A DNA stretch of 34,572 nucleotides from contig JAUIJJ010000002.1 of the NCBI GenBank assembly GCA_030431385.1, forward strand, positions 1-34,572, in the 5' to 3' direction. Under the pieces are notes generated by a model, which saw only the letters and a list, made by a program, of their open reading frames with translations, was not told the DNA's origin and did no database searches. Origin of the DNA: a bacterium. GTDB lineage: Bacteria > Sumerlaeota > Sumerlaeia > SLMS01. Shown here piece by piece: positions 18,531-27,634 of the stretch. Numbering within the stretch: the first letter of the stretch is position 1; every line of letters begins with the position of its first letter. A program made the position numbers and the translations under genes.

Positions 18531-19844
18531 ATGGAGAGAGTGATGACTTTCAGACGAGATGTTCCTGCCTTGCTGGCTGTCGCCGCAGTGTTTTTTTCTG
18601 TTCTTACCGGATGCAGCACAGAAGAACCGGTCGTGGACACTGGCCCACTGCCCGTGAAGATGCTCGAAGTCTCCGATCGACTTCTCCGCCCCGGTCGGGA
18701 GTTTCCCGGCGTCGCAAAGGCCACCGACTCGGCAGAGCTTTCCTTTCAAGTCTCAGGCCGCATCGTGAACTTCCCGGTTGCCGAGGGGGATCAAGTCGCA
18801 GCCGGTGATCTCATCGCCAAACTCGACACACGCGACTACGTAGCCCGAGTGGAGGTCATTCAGGGTCAGCTATCCCAGGCCGAAGCGACGCTTCAAGCCA
18901 TGCAAGTCGGTGCCCGCCCGGAAGACATTCTGCGGCTTGAAGCCCAGTTGGGCGCACGACAAGCGGAGTTTCACGAGGCGGAGCTTGGATTCAATCGACA
19001 GAAAACCCTGTTAGACGAGGGGGCCGCTTCTCGCGAGGACTATGACAGCGCAGAGGCCCAATACGAAGTCGCGAAAGCCTACCTCCGCAGCGCCGAGCAG
19101 GAACTTGAAATCGGCAAGAGCGGAGCCAGAGCCGAGGATATCGCGGGTCAGATGGCCAGTGTCGAGGGTCTCAAGGCCCAACTTAAAGAAGTGCAAAACG
19201 CGCTGGACTACGCAACGCTCACCGCCCCGTTCGCGGGAAGAGTGGCCGCCAAGTATTCCTCCAATTTTGAAGATATCTCGGCAAAGCAAGAGATCATACT
19301 TCTACAAGACATCTCACAAATCGAAATCGACGTCGATCTCTCAGAGCGTGACATGGCCGCAGGTGTTCGGCTGGGAGTCGACAATCAAGAGATCATTGAA
19401 AACTTCGCAGCCGACGTCAGCTTCGCAGCAATACCCGAAGTCACATTCGAGGCTCGAATTGACAGTTTCCAAACTGTCGCCGATCCAATCACGCAGACCT
19501 TTCGAGTAACGCTCATCATGGACCAACCGAAAGGAGTAGCCGATTCAATCTTTCCAGGTATGAATGCACTCATAGTCCCCCGTGAGACTCAGATCCAACA
19601 GGGACGGCAAGGCATTTTCGTGCCACTTAGCGCCGTGCTTTCGACCCCTGATGGCAAATCGGCGATCTGGAAAGTAACCAACGGCAAGGTATACAAAACA
19701 CCTGTCGGGGTTGGTGAAGTAATCGGCGACAAAATCGACATAGTATCAGGCCTCGAAACTGGCGAATCGATCGCAATCTCTGCTATCCACACCCTTACAG
19801 AGGGTATGGCGGTTCGCCCAATGGGCAACCTGAAGGATCTCTAG
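18531..19844 (+). CDS. RND efflux periplasmic adaptor (MFP) lipoprotein
   Basis: Lipobox LTG-C; LSFQVSGRI, GDLIAKLD, long alpha-hairpin, LTAPFAG, ADPITQTF, SGLETGE. Confidence 0.93.
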   Translation: MERVMTFRRDVPALLAVAAVFFSVLTGCSTEEPVVDTGPLPVKMLEVSDRLLRPGREFPGVAKATDSAELSFQVSGRIVNFPVAEGDQVAAGDLIAKLDTRDYVARVEVIQGQLSQAEATLQAMQVGARPEDILRLEAQLGARQAEFHEAELGFNRQKTLLDEGAASREDYDSAEAQYEVAKAYLRSAEQELEIGKSGARAEDIAGQMASVEGLKAQLKEVQNALDYATLTAPFAGRVAAKYSSNFEDISAKQEIILLQDISQIEIDVDLSERDMAAGVRLGVDNQEIIENFAADVSFAAIPEVTFEARIDSFQTVADPITQTFRVTLIMDQPKGVADSIFPGMNALIVPRETQIQQGRQGIFVPLSAVLSTPDGKSAIWKVTNGKVYKTPVGVGEVIGDKIDIVSGLETGESIAISAIHTLTEGMAVRPMGNLKDL

Positions 19845-19847
19845 CAA

Positions 19848-22800
19848 ATGGATATTGCCGGATTCTGCCTCAAGAACCGAGTTAGCACCTATGTTCTGAC
19901 AGTCGTATTCTTGGTTGGGGGCGTTATTGCCTATCAGGGATTGGGTCGACTCGAAGATCCCGAGTTCACCATCAAGGACGCGCTCATCATCACACCCTAC
20001 CCCGGCGCATCGCCGGAAGAGGTGGAGCAGGAAGTTACGGAAGTCATCGAGCGCGCCGTCCAACAATTGGGACAGCTTGATGAAGTCGACTCGCGATCAG
20101 AGTTTGGCCTATCGACAGTCACTGCGACCATCAAGGACAGCTACGACAAGAATACCCTCCCGCAGGTCTGGGACGAACTGCGCCGTAAGGTCAACGACGC
20201 CCAAGGAAAGCTTCCGCCGCGAGCTGGCCCGTCGACTGTCAACGACGACTTCGGCGATGTGTACGGAGTCTTTTTCGCCATTACCGGCGACGGCTATTCG
20301 GTACTTGAACTGGAAGATTACGCCAAGTACCTGCAGCGGGAACTCCTGCTAGTTGAGGACGTTGCCAAGGTTGAAATCTTCGGCGCTCAGCCAGAGGCTA
20401 TATATGTCGAAATCCTACGTGAGCGATTGAATCAATTCGGCATCTCCAAGGACGATATATTCGCGGTCCTTTCTGACGAAAACCTAGTAACCGATTCCGG
20501 TGAGTATCAAGTCGCGACCGAAAGAGTTAAACTCAAGCCCGCTGGCGCGTTCACTTCCATTGATGATTTCGGGAACATCCTGATTTCCTCGGCAGGTGCA
20601 TCCGAACAGGAAGGCGGCACGCGCCTAGTCTACCTGAGAGACGTCGCCACGATTAGCCGCGAGTTGAAATCCCCCCCGACGGAGTTATTCCGTGTAAATG
20701 GAGAATCCGCAGTTGGTGTGGCTATCTCCACTGCGGCCGGCGGCAACGTCGTGTATATGGGTGAAAAACTTCAGGAGCGACTGGCAGAGATTCGAAACAC
20801 ACTGCCAATTGGCATGACCCTGCACCCCATTTCAATTCAGTCGACTGCCGTCTCTGAATCTATTCGAGGATTCGTTTCAAGCCTTCTTCAAGCAGTGGTC
20901 ATCGTCATTGCGGTTCTGCTTGTTTTTATGGGGCCGCGCCCCGGTGTTCTTATTGGATTCATTCTGTTAGTAACTATTATAGGCACATTCATTTTCATGT
21001 CGATGTGGGGCGTGATGCTCGAACGCATTTCTCTCGGCGCGCTGATTATCGCGTTGGGAATGCTGGTCGATAACGCGATCGTTGTTACCGATGGAATTCT
21101 CGTCCGACTACAAAAGGGGGAAGAGCGCCTCGCTGCTGCGCGTGCGGTGGTCGTTCAAAATCAGGTACCGCTTTTAGGTGCAACAGCCATTGCAGTCACC
21201 GCCTTCGCGGCGGTTGGCCTTTCCCAAGATAGCACGGGCGAGTTTTGCCGCTCGCTGTTTCAGGTGATCTTACTCTCACTAATGTTTAGCTGGGTCACCG
21301 CTATCACAATCACACCACTGCTTTGCGTTGATTTCCTAAAAGCGGGCAAACCCGGTGACAATGACAAGGACCCCTACGACAACTCATTCTATCGAAACTA
21401 CAAGAAGTTTCTGGTCGTCTGCATTCGGATGCGGTGGATTGTCATCATCTCGTCCGTGGCGATTCTCTTCGCATCGCTTTGGGGGTTTACGTTCATTAAG
21501 CAGAGCTTTTTCCCCGCATCGACTCGTACACAATTCATGGTTGATTTCTGGCTTCCCGAGGGAAGCCACATTAGCGACTCTCTCTCCCATGCCGAGGAGA
21601 TTGAGGAATACTTTCTAGGATTAGATGGAGTAACCGGAGTCTCTTCGACCGTCGGTAGAGGCATGCCTCGATTCATTCTAACGTACTCAGCACAACGCCC
21701 AAACTCCGCCTATTCCTTCTTCCTGGTTGATGTAGAGGATTTCAAGATCATCGACGATCTCATTTTGAAGACCCAGCGCGAGCTTGAAGAGATGTATCCT
21801 CACTCCGTACCAATGGTATATAAGTTCGCATTGGGTCCCGGCGATCCCACAAAGATCAAGTTCCGCTTTCAAGGTCCTGAAACCTCCGTCCTTCGCGAGC
21901 TCGCAAGTCAGGCGGAGACCATCATGAAAGAAGATGGTAACCTGGTAGGGATTCAAACTGACATCAGAAACCGGGTGAAGAGCTATGAACCCGTGATTAG
22001 TGAACCGCAGCTTCGGCGCAATGGTCTCAAGCGCTCCGATGTTGCGCGCTTGCTACAAGAGTTCGAAACCGGTCGCAATGTTGGAGTCTACCGAGAGGAC
22101 GACTTGCTACTACCGATCTTGGCACGCTCACCCGAGAAGGAGCACGACCAGATTAGCGACTTGGAAAACCTGCAAATCTATAGCCCCGTCGCCGGGCGAA
22201 TGATTCCACTCAAACAAATTGTTTCCTCGTTCGAAACACGAATGGTCGATTCGATAACATTGCGCGAAGATCGCAAGCGTACGGTTCTGGTTTCCAGTAA
22301 TCCAAGGGAGGGCCTCGCCAGCGAATCACTCACGCGTATCCTTCCGGCAATCAAAGGAATCGAGTTGCCTCCTGGCTATATCATGGAAATTGCCGGTGAG
22401 TACGAGGATTCGAAAAATGCACAATCATCGCTGTTCGGAAAAATCCCCCCATCACTGTTGCTAATGATCTTGGTTACAATCTTCCTTTTCAACTCATTGA
22501 AGCAACCTTTGATTATCTGGCTTTGCGTGCCACTCGCTGTCGTTGGGGTGACCTTCGGCCTGCTCGTATCGGGCCAACCGTTTGGCTTCATGGCACTCCT
22601 TGGGGTTCTCAGTTTGTCGGGTATGCTCATTAAGAATGCTATCGTGTTAATTGATCAAACTGACATGAACATTCGCGAAGGCATGGATTCGCTTGATGCC
22701 ATACTGGATGCTGGGACGAGCCGCATGCGCCCTGTGCTCATGGCCGCTTCGACGACTGTGCTCGGCCTATTGCCGCTGCTGTTCGACGCGTTCTTCGTTT

Positions 22801-22904
22801 CCATGGCAGTAACCATTATGGCCGGTCTCACGTTTGCCTCCGTTCTGACTCTCATCCTCGTGCCGGTGCTTTACGCGACCGTCTTCAAGGTAAAAGCTCG
22901 ATAG
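19848..22904 (+). CDS. RND efflux transporter permease (AcrB/AcrD/AcrF family)
   Basis: 1018 aa; RLEDPEF, YPGASPEEVE, ALGMLVDNAIVV, GMLIKNAIVL, RMRPVLM. Confidence 0.96.
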   Translation: MDIAGFCLKNRVSTYVLTVVFLVGGVIAYQGLGRLEDPEFTIKDALIITPYPGASPEEVEQEVTEVIERAVQQLGQLDEVDSRSEFGLSTVTATIKDSYDKNTLPQVWDELRRKVNDAQGKLPPRAGPSTVNDDFGDVYGVFFAITGDGYSVLELEDYAKYLQRELLLVEDVAKVEIFGAQPEAIYVEILRERLNQFGISKDDIFAVLSDENLVTDSGEYQVATERVKLKPAGAFTSIDDFGNILISSAGASEQEGGTRLVYLRDVATISRELKSPPTELFRVNGESAVGVAISTAAGGNVVYMGEKLQERLAEIRNTLPIGMTLHPISIQSTAVSESIRGFVSSLLQAVVIVIAVLLVFMGPRPGVLIGFILLVTIIGTFIFMSMWGVMLERISLGALIIALGMLVDNAIVVTDGILVRLQKGEERLAAARAVVVQNQVPLLGATAIAVTAFAAVGLSQDSTGEFCRSLFQVILLSLMFSWVTAITITPLLCVDFLKAGKPGDNDKDPYDNSFYRNYKKFLVVCIRMRWIVIISSVAILFASLWGFTFIKQSFFPASTRTQFMVDFWLPEGSHISDSLSHAEEIEEYFLGLDGVTGVSSTVGRGMPRFILTYSAQRPNSAYSFFLVDVEDFKIIDDLILKTQRELEEMYPHSVPMVYKFALGPGDPTKIKFRFQGPETSVLRELASQAETIMKEDGNLVGIQTDIRNRVKSYEPVISEPQLRRNGLKRSDVARLLQEFETGRNVGVYREDDLLLPILARSPEKEHDQISDLENLQIYSPVAGRMIPLKQIVSSFETRMVDSITLREDRKRTVLVSSNPREGLASESLTRILPAIKGIELPPGYIMEIAGEYEDSKNAQSSLFGKIPPSLLLMILVTIFLFNSLKQPLIIWLCVPLAVVGVTFGLLVSGQPFGFMALLGVLSLSGMLIKNAIVLIDQTDMNIREGMDSLDAILDAGTSRMRPVLMAASTTVLGLLPLLFDAFFVSMAVTIMAGLTFASVLTLILVPVLYATVFKVKAR

Positions 22905-22978
22905 CAAACTCTCGTCGCGCGATCAGGACTCTATCGGTTTTGATTGCGCGGCGGGAAACCTTTGGCGACAAAGGTGCC

Positions 22979-23746
22979 ATGGGCGGAATACTTCCATCAG
23001 CTTATAGGAGCAGGGCCGAGTTTCGGCGCAGCCCCGAGGCATCAATCTATCTCGAACCGGCCTGCCGGTCGCAGCGCTCGTTGTTCGAGAACTCAAAGGT
23101 TCTCGACATCGGCTGCGGCCCTGGCAATTACGGCCCGTTCTACCTTTCGCTCGGTGCGTCCAGCGTCGAGGGGATCGATCAATCGGCGGCCAATATCGAG
23201 GAAGCGAAATCTTGTTCTGGCGACACTCGCCTTAGATACTATAATTTGAATTTTTACAAGGACGACCTCTCGCAGCTCGGCACTTACGATTTGATCGTTG
23301 GGTTTTGGACATTGCACTTCAGCCCGCTCGGGGTCGAGTGGGAGGAGATCGCCAAGAGGATGCTGTCGCTCCTCACTCCCCGAGGCCGGCTTCTCACAAT
23401 CGCGCAGTTCCCCACGCACGTCGGACGCTATCAACCATTCGCGCGGCTAAAATACCCGGGCCTCGCCGACGGCGACCCGCTCCCCGACAAGCGCTGCCTG
23501 GCACCGTTCGAACTCCTCGACGGCGGACTCGACCCAATCCTCTCAATCACCTGTGCGTGGCCGAAGCAAGACGAGCTGTTCCCACCATTCAAAGCCGCAG
23601 GGCTGCCACTGGAACAGAACATCGCCCTCGACCCCGTCATCGAGCCATCAATCCCCGAGGTCTACCGGCGGCTGATCTTTACCTTCAGAGCTATGAAAGG
23701 CGCGGATCCTCACCCAACTCGCCTACTCATTTTCAAGCGTTCTTAA
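22979..23746 (+). CDS. Class I SAM-dependent methyltransferase
   Basis: VLDIGCGPG motif I, GIDQS, YDLIVG, LLTPRGRL; start uncertain. Confidence 0.85.
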   Translation: MGGILPSAYRSRAEFRRSPEASIYLEPACRSQRSLFENSKVLDIGCGPGNYGPFYLSLGASSVEGIDQSAANIEEAKSCSGDTRLRYYNLNFYKDDLSQLGTYDLIVGFWTLHFSPLGVEWEEIAKRMLSLLTPRGRLLTIAQFPTHVGRYQPFARLKYPGLADGDPLPDKRCLAPFELLDGGLDPILSITCAWPKQDELFPPFKAAGLPLEQNIALDPVIEPSIPEVYRRLIFTFRAMKGADPHPTRLLIFKRS

Positions 23747-23752
23747 AAAGTG

Positions 23753-23776
23753 AAAAGGGAGGCGTCGCCGCCTCCC
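23753..23776 (-). terminator. Intrinsic terminator between convergent genes
   Basis: 8-bp stem GGGAGGCG-tcgc-CGCCTCCC preceded on + by AAAA. Confidence 0.6.
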
Positions 23777-23801
23777 CTGCATTGGTTGCTTTTGTGAAGT
23801 C

Positions 23802-25076
23802 CTACTGGATTGTCAGTGGCTGAACGAGTGAATCATTGCTCGCCACTTCGTTTTTACCGATCGAAACGGATTCAACAGCCTGCGTCGGTTCTTCGTCGAG
23901 CATCGCCGCAAGTGGCTCGGCTGATTTATCATCAATCGCCACTTGCTCGTCGATGAGCGCCATGAATTCGGTACGCGCGTTCTTCACGACTCGTGTGATC
24001 AAGTCCTCGACCGAATCCTCCGTGAGAAACTCGTTCGCGATGGCGTTCATTGTGTGAGATGTCGTCGCCGCGATCTCTTCCCTAAGCGACTTCAGGTCGT
24101 CCTTGGTTGCCATGTTTTCGTCGAGGTACTGCCCGGCCTCGGTAATCCGCGACTGCATTTCCGCCAGTTTGGAAGTTACCGGTTCAATGAGCGACTTTGC
24201 TTGGCGCTGTGCCTCGCGGGTCATCATCGCGCGCGACCGCTCCTCTGCTTCCGCCAGCGACTGATCATGCGTCACCGCATCCACGAGATTCGTGGTACGG
24301 TCATTGATGAGTGTGGCTACCTCTTCCGTCTTGGGGTATTCGCTCAAGGATTTCTCGACCTGATCAACACTATCGAGTAGGAACTCGAATCGTGCCTCCA
24401 CATCGGCGAGGAGCTCCTTGCGAGACGCTATCGAGTTTTCCTTCAGCAACGTGAGACCATCTTGAGTGCTTTCGAGTTGAGTCCCGAGGTTTGCGAACTC
24501 TTCCCTCGTCACCATGGTACTCGTCATGATTTCGCGAGCGTCGCTGAGCGATGATGCGAGACGCTGGCGATCGGCGCTGGCCAGCTCGATTCGCTCGCTG
24601 TTGCTGGTGATCAGCGCAGAGAGCCCATTGGACGTCGTATCGATTGACTCGCGAATCATGTCGTCGATCGCGTCGGCCGTTCGGAACTCGCGGCTGGAGT
24701 CGGCGATGGCTCGGGCGACCTGATTCTCAGTGGGACGAGCAGCGACTTCATTCTTGAGCACCTTCCAAGTTTCGGAAAAGTCCTCGCGCATTTGCTCCTC
24801 GGAATGATCAATGCGGACTGCAAGCTCTTCCCGGGAGACGTTCATTTCATGGCCGAAAAGCTCTTTCGCTTCGGCGATTTGGGTTTCGAGTACCTGACTC
24901 GCCTCCTCGATTCGGTCGAGCCGATTGTCGAGAACGAGGTAAGTTCCGGCGATACCTGCGATTGCAGTCCCGGCGGCGATGAGCAACAACGGGAGACCGG
25001 TGTTGGAAGGGGCCTTACGTTTGGTGCGCGGTTTTTGCCTTCGCCTACGCATCCGTTCGGCCATTTCGTCAGACAT
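23802..25076 (-). CDS. Membrane-anchored long coiled-coil protein, function unknown
   Basis: Strong RBS GGGAGGT; basic N-terminus, single TM, ~350 aa of heptad-rich acidic sequence. Confidence 0.85.
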   Translation of the reverse strand: MSDEMAERMRRRRQKPRTKRKAPSNTGLPLLLIAAGTAIAGIAGTYLVLDNRLDRIEEASQVLETQIAEAKELFGHEMNVSREELAVRIDHSEEQMREDFSETWKVLKNEVAARPTENQVARAIADSSREFRTADAIDDMIRESIDTTSNGLSALITSNSERIELASADRQRLASSLSDAREIMTSTMVTREEFANLGTQLESTQDGLTLLKENSIASRKELLADVEARFEFLLDSVDQVEKSLSEYPKTEEVATLINDRTTNLVDAVTHDQSLAEAEERSRAMMTREAQRQAKSLIEPVTSKLAEMQSRITEAGQYLDENMATKDDLKSLREEIAATTSHTMNAIANEFLTEDSVEDLITRVVKNARTEFMALIDEQVAIDDKSAEPLAAMLDEEPTQAVESVSIGKNEVASNDSLVQPLTIQ

Positions 25077-25232
25077 GTTACACCTCCCTTAGTGGAGTGG
25101 AAGTACCTTCAAGGAGAAGGCCTAGCGAGGAATCTCCTACACTGTCAAGAATCGCGTTCGAGATTTTGGGACACCGTTGCACCCGTGCCCCGAATCGCAC
25201 ACAATTCTCCGGAAGCCTACCTGCGCGGACCC

Positions 25233-26345
25233 ATGAACACCTCAAACGCCCCCCTCATCCTCAACCTAATCGGCGTTCCGGTCGATTCTCTCGGAGGATT
25301 GCAAAGAACCGCCCGCGATGTGGAACGAGTGCTCTCTCGCGAGGGGTATCGCGTTCGCACCATTTGCCCGGAGGAGTTTCACCGCTTCCGTAGTGGCGCG
25401 ATTGAGGGGCTGGTCGGTCACCTCTACCGCTGGCGTTCCGTCGCGCGTCTCGTCGACGAGGAGTCCCTGAAGGAGGCCTCGCTCGTGATCGGACACACCG
25501 GCGCCGGATGGGGGCTGCCCGCCGAGACGCCGAGACTCAACATGTGGCAGAACGAATCGGGCGAGTACGCCAACTGGACCTGGCCGAAGTGGCACCCGAA
25601 TTACTGGAAGCTCAAGACCGTAGACACGCATTGCGAGCGGCGTGCTGGCACCGGCGCGCACAACTACGCGGTCAGCGAGCGGCTCGGTCGAAACCTCGCC
25701 GACAACGCCGGGCTTCACTTGACCGGAGTCATTGAAAACGCCGTCGACACGGACCACTTCAAGCCGCTGGCGAAGGACGCTTCCGATGCGTTCAGGGCCC
25801 GTTACAACTTGCCAGCGCGCACCGCGCGGGTGCTGCTCTACTCCGGCAGACCGGTCAACTACAAGGGGCTGTGGTTGCTACGCGACTGGGCGGCTGAGTT
25901 CGCCGATCAACTTCACATCGCTATCGCGGGGCCCGACACGCTCCCGCCAGAGCTCGCAAACTTGCCCAACGTTTCGGCCCTCGGCAGGATCGGATACGAA
26001 GAGCTGCCGGAGCTTTATGCCAGCGCCGATTTCTTCGCGCTGCCTTCACGCCACGAAGGGTGCTCGTATTCCGTCATGGAGGCGATGGCGTGTGGAGTTC
26101 CGAGCCTGCTGAGCGATGCGGGACACGTCCGCACAATCGTCAAGCGCTCCGACGAGTTGCGCCCATGGATCGCACCAACCTCCGCCCCGGAAGAGCTTAC
26201 GCCCCACCTGCGCCGATGGCTGGAAGACCCGGCAATCGCCGAGTCTCTGACCGAACACTCGCGGGAATATGTACTGAAGTTTCACTCGATGGAGCGATTC
26301 CAGAGCGAGTGGGCGGACGCCGTCGAGCGCCACCGAAGGAAGTAA
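25233..26345 (+). CDS. Glycosyltransferase family 4 (GT-B)
   Basis: GGLQR, AVSE, IENAVDTDHF, YSGR...KG, LPSRHEGCSYSVMEAMACGVP (EX7E). Confidence 0.93.
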   Translation: MNTSNAPLILNLIGVPVDSLGGLQRTARDVERVLSREGYRVRTICPEEFHRFRSGAIEGLVGHLYRWRSVARLVDEESLKEASLVIGHTGAGWGLPAETPRLNMWQNESGEYANWTWPKWHPNYWKLKTVDTHCERRAGTGAHNYAVSERLGRNLADNAGLHLTGVIENAVDTDHFKPLAKDASDAFRARYNLPARTARVLLYSGRPVNYKGLWLLRDWAAEFADQLHIAIAGPDTLPPELANLPNVSALGRIGYEELPELYASADFFALPSRHEGCSYSVMEAMACGVPSLLSDAGHVRTIVKRSDELRPWIAPTSAPEELTPHLRRWLEDPAIAESLTEHSREYVLKFHSMERFQSEWADAVERHRRK

Positions 26346-26362
26346 CATCCGCGCCTCTGCAC

Positions 26363-26394
26363 AAACAAAACCAGCGCGAACGAATCCGCGCTGG
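26363..26394 (-). terminator. Intrinsic terminator downstream of the DUF3800 gene
   Basis: 8-bp stem CCAGCGCG/CGCGCTGG (26371-26394) preceded on + by AAACAAAA. Confidence 0.55.
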
Positions 26395-26423
26395 CTGGGG
26401 TTTAGGCTGGTTGGCGGGAGGCG

Positions 26424-27317
26424 CTAGTCCTTCCCGTAGGTCGATTCTTCCTCGGCCACGTAGAGCTTCTCGCTCTCGGTCGAGGAATCCGTGAACTCGC
26501 CGTCGTTGCTATCGCGCTCTTTCTCGCCGCCGTTTTTCGAATCAATCACGCGGCTGGGCTGCTCGCGACGCCACAGGTAGATGTAGCCGCGAATACGGTA
26601 CCCCTTTGCGTCACTGGTGTTGCTTTGATAGGTGTGCGGTTTAACGAAGCCCTGATAGTGGCTGTTGATGACGGCGTCGTAACCTTCGAGCACCTCTTTC
26701 TTGTAGAGCTTGGGAAAAGCGTGTTCGTGGTAGCGCCGCGCCACGGTCGCGACGAAGTCGGCGATCTGCAATCCCGCCGACTGAGGTTCGGTCTGGATTA
26801 GAGGTGACGAGATAATCGGCGTTCCTTTGCCCGACGAGCTGAAGACACCGGAAAACTGGAGGTCAGAGATCGTTTGCGCTTCCTCGGTACGGCCCGGAGG
26901 AATCACGAGTGCACCCTGACTGTTCTCCTCGCGTAGGTACTGGCTAATGGGTTTCAGCATGTAGTGATAGCTGAGAGGGAGGAGCCACTTGGGGTGGGCG
27001 GGCTTGTCGGTTGTCCGTTTGTCGATCACCACGAGGAAAAACTTGAGATCGAGCGTCGCCGCGATGCGCTCGAGCCCCTTGCAATAGGCTGCCGTCCATG
27101 CGCGGGATGCGTTGCGAGAGTGGAGCAAATCGTTGGCGTTAATGCGCGTTTCGCCCGGCCGGTAGTTCGCTTTCTGGAAAGACTTTTGGAGGCCGTTGAT
27201 TCGAAGCTGGAGCGCGCGCCATCTGTCCTCGCGAACTGATACGCCCGCCATCGACCAAAATGTGCCGGAGCTGCCTTCCACCGGCTTGCCGGATTGTTGT
27301 AGGTAAATGAAATGCAT
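26424..27317 (-). CDS. DUF3800-family protein with altered N-terminal motif
   Basis: N-terminal FIYLQQSG (family YxDESG), SMAGV, and C-terminal SAGLQIADFVA (QxAD). Confidence 0.8.
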   Translation of the reverse strand: MHFIYLQQSGKPVEGSSGTFWSMAGVSVREDRWRALQLRINGLQKSFQKANYRPGETRINANDLLHSRNASRAWTAAYCKGLERIAATLDLKFFLVVIDKRTTDKPAHPKWLLPLSYHYMLKPISQYLREENSQGALVIPPGRTEEAQTISDLQFSGVFSSSGKGTPIISSPLIQTEPQSAGLQIADFVATVARRYHEHAFPKLYKKEVLEGYDAVINSHYQGFVKPHTYQSNTSDAKGYRIRGYIYLWRREQPSRVIDSKNGGEKERDSNDGEFTDSSTESEKLYVAEEESTYGKD

Positions 27318-27634
27318 TTTCGCGGTTCCCTGTTTCTATCTTCTTTTTTCTACCAATGCTCGCCCGATTACCATGTTTGTGATTGATGCGGTAGAAACAA
27401 ATGTCCCAATTCATTGACCAGAAATGTGGCCGATCCACCCTCTCCCGTGGAAAACCCGCACTCCGAACTGCGGCAATGAGTAATCGGCAAGCAATCTTGC
27501 CGCGATATACCAAGTGGCGAGCACCAATGAATAGACAATTTATGCCGCACTGAGCGCAAGTCCATTTCCGCTGAACGATATTGGCTGGCAGACTGTTTAG
27601 CGCCTAAAATTGTTACACTTAGGAAACCGAGTCG

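Noticed and set aside
27485-27502. Sigma-54 promoter in the DUF3800/mrdA intergenic region
   Set aside because: GG-to-GC spacing is 11 nt on both strands, not the required 10.
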